Assembly (NCBI GenBank): GCA_043821645.1
Contig: JBDRCO010000093.1
Coordinates: 1-25,184, forward strand
Source: Pseudomonadota bacterium
Lineage (GTDB): Bacteria > Myxococcota > JACRCW01 > JAFGSX01
Length of the DNA: 25,184 nt
Direction: 5' to 3'
Below, piece by piece: positions 17,401 through 23,085 of this stretch. The position numbers and the translations under genes were made by a program. Below the pieces are notes generated by a model. The model was not told the DNA's origin. It worked only from the letters and a program-made list of their open reading frames with translations, and did not search any database. Position 1 is the stretch's first letter; each line of letters begins with the position of its first letter.

Positions 17401-18590
17401 CCCGCACCGGTGCCCGTGTTGACGGTGCAGGTCTGGTTGGGGCCGGTCGGCTGGCCGAACACGGTGACGTCGTAGGCCGAGCCGTCGCTGACCGGCGTGC
17501 TGAAGGTGAAGGAGCCGTCCGAGGAGAGCGGCAGGTTGTCGCCGGCGTTGTTCTGCAGGATCAGCCCCGTGCCGAGGAGACCGCTGACCAGGCCGCCCAC
17601 CGAGAAGGTGCCCGTGGTGCAGTTGACGCTGACGTTGCTCACGGCCTGGCTGGCGATGCGCCCCTGGGCATTGCTGACGATGCAGGTCTGGCCTGGACCG
17701 CTGGGCTGCTGCAGCACGGTCACGTTGTAGGTGGCGCCGTCGGCGACCGGGGTGGTGAAGGTGAAGCTGCCATCGGCGGTCACCGCCAGGTCGTTGCCTC
17801 CGTTGTTCTGCAGGATGAGGCCCCCACCCTGCAACCCCGAGACGCTGCCGCCCACGTTGAAGGTGGCGGTGACGCAGGCGATCTGCACGCTGGTGACGTC
17901 GGCGCTGCCCACGGTGCCGCTGCCGCCCGCGGTGACGCTGCAGGTCTGCAAGGGGGCGGAGGGCTGGGTGAGCACCGTGACGCTGTAGGCCTGTCCCGAG
18001 GTGAGCTCGGAGACGAAGGTGAACTCGGTGGCGCCAGGGGCGACGGTCAGGTCGTCGCCGCTATTGTTCTGCAGCACCAGCCCCGTGCCCGTCAGGTTGG
18101 TGACGGTGCCACCCACGGTGTAGGTGGGCGGGGCTGCGTCGGTGGCCACCGCGGCGTCGCTGCCCGTCGTCGCATCGCTGCCCGTCGTCGCGTCGCTGCC
18201 CGTCGTCGCGTCGCTGCCCGTCGCAGCGTCGTTGCCCGTCGAAGCGTCGTTGCCCGTCGCAGCGTCGTTACCCGCGGCATCGTTGCCCGTCGCAGCGTCG
18301 TTACTCGCGGCATCGTTGCCCGTCGCAGCATCGTTACCCGCGGCATCGTTCGCTGCGGCATCGATCCCCGGCCCACGATCGGCGCTCGCCGCGTCACCGA
18401 CCTCCCCGGCGTCGCCCTGGATGCAGGTCCCATCGGGGCCACAGATGAGCCCCAGGCCAGCGGGACAGTTGCTCGTCTCGTCGCAGGTCAGACCCTGACC
18501 GTCGTCAAACAGAACATGGCAACTGTTGACGCAGCCCGTGCCCAGCAGCAGCGACAGCACCAGGCCGTGCAATAGATACGAGCGCCTCAT
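14406..18590 (-). CDS. Large surface (lipo)protein: Cys-rich N-terminus, Asp-Ala linker, 10 tandem ~85-aa beta-sandwich repeats, CSLREA-type motif, beta-helix and choice-of-anchor Q C-terminus
   Basis: Signal peptide with LLLGTGC lipobox. CDETSNCPAGLGLICGPDGTC module. Repeats of TYTVGGxVSGLxGxGLVLQNN...YxVTVxxQPxxPxQTCxV...C. CSLRAAIQEAN. NSTITNN beta-helix repeats. DQRGTFRPQGAHCDIGSVE. Confidence 0.93.
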   Translation of the reverse strand: MRRSYLLHGLVLSLLLGTGCVNSCHVLFDDGQGLTCDETSNCPAGLGLICGPDGTCIQGDAGEVGDAASADRGPGIDAAANDAAGNDAATGNDAASNDAATGNDAAGNDAATGNDASTGNDAATGSDATTGSDATTGSDATTGSDAAVATDAAPPTYTVGGTVTNLTGTGLVLQNNSGDDLTVAPGATEFTFVSELTSGQAYSVTVLTQPSAPLQTCSVTAGGSGTVGSADVTSVQIACVTATFNVGGSVSGLQGGGLILQNNGGNDLAVTADGSFTFTTPVADGATYNVTVLQQPSGPGQTCIVSNAQGRIASQAVSNVSVNCTTGTFSVGGLVSGLLGTGLILQNNAGDNLPLSSDGSFTFSTPVSDGSAYDVTVFGQPTGPNQTCTVNTGTGAGTVNSANVTSVRITCVTTTYTVGGQVSGYAGTGLALQNNGGNSTTVTGSGTVNFTFSTAIDDGSTYSVTVLTNPTGPRQTCTLTGSTGSGTVNGANVTSVRIACVTDTYDLRVNVSGLSGTGLVLTNGSNTLSVSNNGISTFSTKVADQAGYNVTVTTQPSNPHQTCTVTSPSGTMNGAAVTLAVACVTNTYDLRVNVSGLSGSGLLLANGANTLSVGSNGISTFSSKVADQASYSVTVQTQPSSPRQTCTVTNPTGTVNGAAVTLTVTCVTNTYTLRISLSGLVGNQVRFANSNGDTLTMTSNTTSAFPTPIADQGSYGVTVSIHPVSPNQTCTVSNPSGTINGANVTLTATCVTDSFTVGGNVYGLAGTGLVLRNNGGDPITITGTGTRPFSFPAKILSGQSYAVTVGAQPASPDQQCTVTANGTGTIGGSDVTNVRIDCATLRTITVQIQGLAGNGLVLRNKGADPITPPKGAAVASFPVRLPDGDTYNVTVAANPTHLSQTCSVSGGSGTVSSSMAPPIVSCVTNSYTISVYVYGMTTGTLTLRLNASPAESIIANGTHTFNAPVLDGQNYTLAVVANPSNRVCSIYGSFGQVDGANVTGINVTCARYIEVTVIVDGPDLVPGNGICEMNAGAGDCSLRAAIQEANADNLADFIFVQAGIYGIEVPGGPTEDLTAQGDLDVIANAPSGAVDLRIEGEGLDSTYIDGNDQHRIFDVHSGHLYLGEMVLRHGNAMGYAGGVVRLASGAKLTLEGCELRESNVATNASVIDSSGDLVMNYSTVTANSAGNGPVAINGGTARFQDSTFYANSATSRAAALYAVGGTVKLINTTISGNTCNTGYNGDGGCALFVGGATVELINSTITNNTSQQASAGGIYVNNGSVSLVNTVVAGNFANQGDPDYYGSGTSQGHNLVGVDSTNCGISFMASDQSGSTGVPLNPRLDNLAFGTGITLSHMPQATSPLLDAGDDLACTAYDQRGTFRPQGAHCDIGSVERP
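15576..18125 (-). repeat. Ten tandem ~250-nt domain repeats, each with two conserved Cys
   Basis: Counted in the translation. Units 5 (16842-17090) and 6 (16593-16841) are both 249 nt and visibly the most similar pair (VTxTYDLRVNVSGLSG). Confidence 0.9.
18132..18365 (-). repeat. Intragenic tandem repeat encoding a [NS]DA[AT][T]G linker (15/18-nt units, higher-order 33-nt unit x3)
   Basis: About 14 xDAx units. CCCGTCGCAGCGTCGTTACCCGCGGCATCGTTG occurs ~3 times at 18253-18351, and CCCGTCGTCGC[G/A]TCGCTG ~3 times at ~18163-18216. Confidence 0.9.
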
Positions 18591-18645
18591 GATCTGACCT
18601 CACCCACAGCAATGAACTTCGGTGTCCCGTCCCGCCGGGAACGGG

Positions 18646-19470
18646 CTAGAACAGCGACACACCGATGAGCGCCGCGCCCGCGATCAGTGCCAGGGCACCG
18701 ACGCCACTGCCCGCGCCGAGCAGCATGGCCGTGCCGGCAGCGCCCGTGCGCTCGTTGGGATCTCCGGCGGCATTGCCCACCACGGTCTGATCGACCACCA
18801 CCGCCCCGATCCCAAACCCCACGGTCATCAGCACGCCCACCGCGGCGGTGCCCACGCCGGCCCACATCATGGTGCTGTCCTCGCCACCGGCGCTGGCGGA
18901 CTTGTCCGGCGTCGCGGGCACGGGGGTGCCCGGGGTCGTGGCTCCGGCCACCGGGGTGGTACCGGAACCCGTCCCCTTGGTTTTCCAGCCCTGGCTCTCG
19001 GCCAGGGCCTGGCTGATCTGGCGCACGCCCTTGAGCAGGGCGTCCTCGTTGGCGTCGACGTAGAACACCTTGCGCAGCAAGACCTCGGTGGTCTTCACGT
19101 CGAGGAACTTGGCACTGATCAAGTAGCGGCTGCCGAGCTTGCCCACACCGGGCACCAGGATGTGGGTGGCGCCCAGGGCATTGCCGATCTCAACCAGGCA
19201 ACCGGTCTCCTCGCAGCCCACCAGCATCTTCTTCTGCTCGTAGCCGAGCAGAGCGGTGACGTCGGACGAGCCCACGACCTTGATGGTCTCGGGCACCACG
19301 GTGTCGAGCTCGGTCAGCACCACCTCGTCAAGCAAGGTGCCGGTCTTCTCGTGAATACCCTCGGCCACGGAAAAGGGCAGCACCACGATCTGTTTGACGT
19401 CGGCGGCCCGCAGCGGGCTGGCCAGAACGGCTCCCGCGACCAAGGCCCCGAAGCACCCACGCATTGTCAT
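18646..19470 (-). CDS. Exported protein with an N-terminal CsgG/TolB-N-like alpha/beta domain (C-x4-C) and a C-terminal Gly-rich hydrophobic hairpin
   Basis: ATG at 19470 after GAGGGG. Signal peptide ending LRA-AD, then IVVLPF, LGYEQKKMLVGCEETGCLVEIGNALGA, GVGKLGSRYLISAKFLDV, a Pro/Thr linker and two hydrophobic C-terminal segments. Confidence 0.8.
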   Translation of the reverse strand: MTMRGCFGALVAGAVLASPLRAADVKQIVVLPFSVAEGIHEKTGTLLDEVVLTELDTVVPETIKVVGSSDVTALLGYEQKKMLVGCEETGCLVEIGNALGATHILVPGVGKLGSRYLISAKFLDVKTTEVLLRKVFYVDANEDALLKGVRQISQALAESQGWKTKGTGSGTTPVAGATTPGTPVPATPDKSASAGGEDSTMMWAGVGTAAVGVLMTVGFGIGAVVVDQTVVGNAAGDPNERTGAAGTAMLLGAGSGVGALALIAGAALIGVSLF

Positions 19471-19600
19471 CGTCCCCTCCGCGCTCGCAGCTCTGTGGCA
19501 GCGCCGCTGATTGTACTTGATCGGGTAGGAGAATGCTGCCCGCCGGGTGTCACAACCGGGCTCCCCGCTGCCGGTGACGACATGCCTCGGCGCGGCGGGA

Positions 19601-21916
19601 TCAGGCCCCGGTCGCAGCACTGCCCTTCTTGACCTCAACGATGGGAGGCAAGCCCTTCTTCTCGCGCAGGAAATTGATCATGTCGGCGGCGGCCACACGA
19701 CCCGCACCCAGAGCGAGGATCACGGTAGCACCGCCGGTGACGATATCACCGCCGGCCCACACGCCGGTGATGGACGTGCGCTGCTTGTCGTCGCCCTGGA
19801 TGTAACCCCACTTGTTGAGCTTGAGACCTGGTGTGGTCTGGCTGATCACCGGGTTGGCCTTGGTCCCCAGGGCGTAGATGACGGTGTCGACCGGCAGATC
19901 GATGAACTCGTTGATGGGCATGGGGCGGCGCCGGCCCGAGCTGTCGGGCTCGCCGAGTTCCATCTTCTGACAGCGCATGCCGGTGACGTTGCCGTCGTGG
20001 TCGGTGTAGATCTCGGTGGGTGCAGTCAGCCAGTGGAAGACGATGCCCTCTTCGCCGGCGTGGCGGATCTCCTCGACGCGGGCCGGCGCTTCTTCCTTGG
20101 TGCGGCGGTACACGCACCACACTTCTTGCGCGCCGATGCGCATGGCCACGCGGCAGCAGTCCATGGCGGTGTTGCCCGCGCCGATGACGGCGACCCGATT
20201 GCCGAACAGCACCGGCGTGTCGTTCTGGGGGAAGTTGTGGCCCTCCATGAGGTTGACGCGGGTGAGGAACTCGTTGGCCGAGTACACCTGCTTGCCGCCC
20301 TCGCCAGGGATGCCCATGAAGGTCGGGTAGCCGGCGCCCGTGCCGATGAACACCGCGTCATAACCCTTCTTCTCGAGCAGGTCCTCGACGGTGAAGATGC
20401 GGCCGATGATCTTGTTGGTCTCGATCTTGACCCCGAGCTGGGTCAGCATGCCCAGCTCGCGCATGATGATGGGACGCGGCAGGCGGAAGCTGGGGATGCC
20501 ATAGCGCAGCACACCACCGGCCACGTGCAGGGCCTCGTAGATGGTGACGTCGCAGCCGGCCTGGGCCAGGTCCCCGGCGCAGCTCATGCCCGCGGGTCCA
20601 CTGCCCACGATGGCGACGCGACCGAGCGGATCCTTGAGATCCGGCTTCTTGACGACGGGCGGTGGCGCGTTGTCGCCGACGAAGCGCTCGAGACGGCCGA
20701 TGCCCACCGCATCCATGCCCTTGACCTTGCCAACCACGCACTCCTTCTCGCACTGCGACTCCTGCGGACACACGCGACCGCAGATGGACGGGAAGATGTT
20801 GTCCTCGAGGATCACGTCGCGGGCGCCCTGGATGTCGCGCAGCATGACGTGGCGGATGAAGCGCGGGATGTCGATCTTGACCGGGCAGCCGTCGATGCAG
20901 GTGGGCACCTTGCACTGGATGCAGCGCTCGGCCTCGCCCAGGGCCATCTCCATGCTGTAGCCCAGATTGACCTCGTCAAAGCTGTGGGCGCGCTGCTGGG
21001 CGTCGCGCTCGGGCATGTGGGTCTGGGTCGGCGCGACCTCCTTGACCTTGCGGATGGGGCGCTTGGGCTGGTTGAGCAGCTCGGTGAGGCGGCACACGTG
21101 CTCGAAGCTCAGCTCCGCCTTCTTCTCCAGCGAGGCGAAGCGGGTCTGGCGCATCATGAGCTCGCCGAAGTCGACCAGGTGGCCGTCGAAGTCCGGGCCC
21201 TCGACGCAGGCGAACTTGGTGGCGCCGCCCACGGTGACGCGGCACGAGCCGCACATGCCGGTGCCGTCGACCATGATGCTGTTGAGCGACACCATGGTCT
21301 TGACCTCGAAGGGCCGGGTGGTCTCGGCCGAGGCCTTCATCATGGGCATGGGGCCGATGGCCACGCACAGCTCGGGCTTGTCCTTCTCGCACACGTCCTT
21401 GAGGGCGGCGGTGACGAAGCCAGGCCTGCCGTAGCTCCCGTCGTCGGTGCACACGATGAGCTCGTCACAGAACTCCTTGAACTTGTCCTCCCAGAACACC
21501 AGCTCCTTGCTGCGGAAGCCGATGATGCCCGTGGTGCGGCAGCCGGCCTGCTTGAAGGCGCGCAGCTGCGGGAACACCGGCGCCACACCCAGGCCGCCGC
21601 CCACCATGACGACGTGGGGTAGCTTCTCGATGTGGCTGGGGATGCCCAGCGGGCCCACGAAGTCGGCGAAGCTGTCGCCGGCCTTGTAGCCGTTCATCAT
21701 CTCGCGGGTGGTCTTGCCCAGGGCCTGGATGACCAGGGTGATGGTACCGCGCTCGCGGTCGAAGTCGGCGACGGTGAGCGGGATGCGCTCGCCGCCCTCG
21801 TGCAGGCGCAGCATCACGAAGTGGCCGGGCTGGGCCGCGGCCGCGACGTCGGGGGCCTCGACCTCCCACAGGAAGGTCACGGGGGAGAAGATCTGCTGGC
21901 TGACGATCTTGTACAT
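19601..21916 (-). CDS. nfnAB: Fused NfnA-NfnB (SudBA-like; often annotated as PyrK-like subunit/NADPH-dependent glutamate synthase) electron-bifurcating NADH-dependent ferredoxin:NADP+ oxidoreductase
   Basis: N-terminal half has ERIPLT, GGGLGVAP, CTDDGSYG and DGTGMCGSCRV...ACVEGPDFD ([2Fe-2S] with Asp ligand). C-terminal half has CIQCKVPTCIDGCP, CGRVCPQESQCEKEC, GSGPAG, GVLRYGIPSFRLP, GAGNTAMD, YRR and GGDIVTGGATVILA. Single 771-aa frame. Confidence 0.9.
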   Translation of the reverse strand: MYKIVSQQIFSPVTFLWEVEAPDVAAAAQPGHFVMLRLHEGGERIPLTVADFDRERGTITLVIQALGKTTREMMNGYKAGDSFADFVGPLGIPSHIEKLPHVVMVGGGLGVAPVFPQLRAFKQAGCRTTGIIGFRSKELVFWEDKFKEFCDELIVCTDDGSYGRPGFVTAALKDVCEKDKPELCVAIGPMPMMKASAETTRPFEVKTMVSLNSIMVDGTGMCGSCRVTVGGATKFACVEGPDFDGHLVDFGELMMRQTRFASLEKKAELSFEHVCRLTELLNQPKRPIRKVKEVAPTQTHMPERDAQQRAHSFDEVNLGYSMEMALGEAERCIQCKVPTCIDGCPVKIDIPRFIRHVMLRDIQGARDVILEDNIFPSICGRVCPQESQCEKECVVGKVKGMDAVGIGRLERFVGDNAPPPVVKKPDLKDPLGRVAIVGSGPAGMSCAGDLAQAGCDVTIYEALHVAGGVLRYGIPSFRLPRPIIMRELGMLTQLGVKIETNKIIGRIFTVEDLLEKKGYDAVFIGTGAGYPTFMGIPGEGGKQVYSANEFLTRVNLMEGHNFPQNDTPVLFGNRVAVIGAGNTAMDCCRVAMRIGAQEVWCVYRRTKEEAPARVEEIRHAGEEGIVFHWLTAPTEIYTDHDGNVTGMRCQKMELGEPDSSGRRRPMPINEFIDLPVDTVIYALGTKANPVISQTTPGLKLNKWGYIQGDDKQRTSITGVWAGGDIVTGGATVILALGAGRVAAADMINFLREKKGLPPIVEVKKGSAATGA

Positions 21917-22162
21917 CGGCTCGCTCTTCCACGGGCGTCTGCCACGAAGGCGCGCACGCGCTGTGGTGAGGGGCGAGCTGGCGGCGCGGGAGCAGGCTCG
22001 GAGTCGAGAAGCCAGGCGCGCCAGTTCAGACCCTCACGGTGAGGTCCGGCCAGGGACCGGACACGGACCCGGATCGCGGGCTTTTGTAGCAAAGGAAATG
22101 GGGCCTGAGAAGGACTGGCCTGCGTGTTATGTCAGGGCGCCGTCAATCTCCCAGGCAAGGAC

Positions 22163-22984
22163 ATGCCCGAGCTGCCCGAAGTCGAGACCATACGCCGCGG
22201 CCTGGCCCCCCGGGTCGAGGGGCGGCGCATCGTCGACGTCACGGTGCGCGAGCGCAGGTTGCGCTGGCCGGTCGAGCGCGATCTGGAGGTGGCGCTGGTC
22301 GGACGCAGCGTGCAGGCCTTGCAGCGACGGGCCAAGTACCTGCTGTGGCGCGTCGACGACGCCACCTTGCTGGTGCACCTGGGCATGTCCGGGGCCCTGC
22401 GCCTGGTGGAGGCAGGCAGTCCCCCGCACAAGCACGACCACATCGACCTGCACGTCGAAGACGGCAGCGTGGTGCGTTTTTCGGATCCGCGGCGCTTCGG
22501 CGCCTGGATCCTGGCACCGGGCGATGCCTCGGAGCATCCCCTGCTCAGAGATCTGGGCCCCGAACCACTGGGGCCTGACTTCGACGGTGAGTTGCTGTGG
22601 CAGGCCCTGCGTCGACGCCGCTGCGCCATCAAGCTGGCTCTCATGGACAGCCACGTCGTGGTCGGCGCCGGCAACATCTACGCCAACGAGGCCCTGTTCG
22701 CGGCCGGGATCCGCCCCACGAACCCGGCCTTTTCGCTGTCGCGGCCGCGCGTGGACAGGCTGGCACAGGCGCTCAAGCGAGTGCTGGCGCGCGCGGTCCA
22801 GGAGGGTGGCACCACCCTGCGCGACGGCGGCTTCGTCAACAGCGCGGGCCAGCCCGGCTACTTTCAGCAGACCCTCTCGGTGTACGACCGCGCCGCACAG
22901 CCCTGCGTGCGCTGCAAGCGCGCTATCCGTGTGATTTCCTTGGCACAACGAAGCACCTACTACTGTCCTCGGTGCCAGCGCTAA
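22163..22984 (+). CDS. mutM: Formamidopyrimidine-DNA glycosylase/AP lyase
   Basis: MPELPEVE N-terminus (ATG at 22163), RRAKYL, HLGMSG, DPRRFG, LGPEPL, GAGNIYANEALF (H2TH), and a C-terminal zinc finger CVRC...CPRCQ. Confidence 0.97.
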   Translation: MPELPEVETIRRGLAPRVEGRRIVDVTVRERRLRWPVERDLEVALVGRSVQALQRRAKYLLWRVDDATLLVHLGMSGALRLVEAGSPPHKHDHIDLHVEDGSVVRFSDPRRFGAWILAPGDASEHPLLRDLGPEPLGPDFDGELLWQALRRRRCAIKLALMDSHVVVGAGNIYANEALFAAGIRPTNPAFSLSRPRVDRLAQALKRVLARAVQEGGTTLRDGGFVNSAGQPGYFQQTLSVYDRAAQPCVRCKRAIRVISLAQRSTYYCPRCQR

Positions 22985-23085
22985 CTGCTTCATATTTTTT
23001 ATGATTCTCCGCCATCTTGGGGCTGACGCTTCCGTTTTGCGGCGGTTGTGCTAGCGAATGCCCACCAACCTCGCAGGGGTGTTCC

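Noticed and set aside
15900..18575. 891-aa + strand ORF with VAARR repeats
   Set aside because: Antisense of the repeat surface protein; its repeats simply mirror the sense-strand repeats.
19547..21622. 691-aa + strand ORF
   Set aside because: Antisense shadow of nfnAB with no independent motifs.
19601..21916. Glutamate synthase (gltD/gltA) annotation
   Set aside because: No gltB nearby, and the N-terminal NfnA/PyrK-like module with DGTGMCGxCR indicates Nfn-type function.
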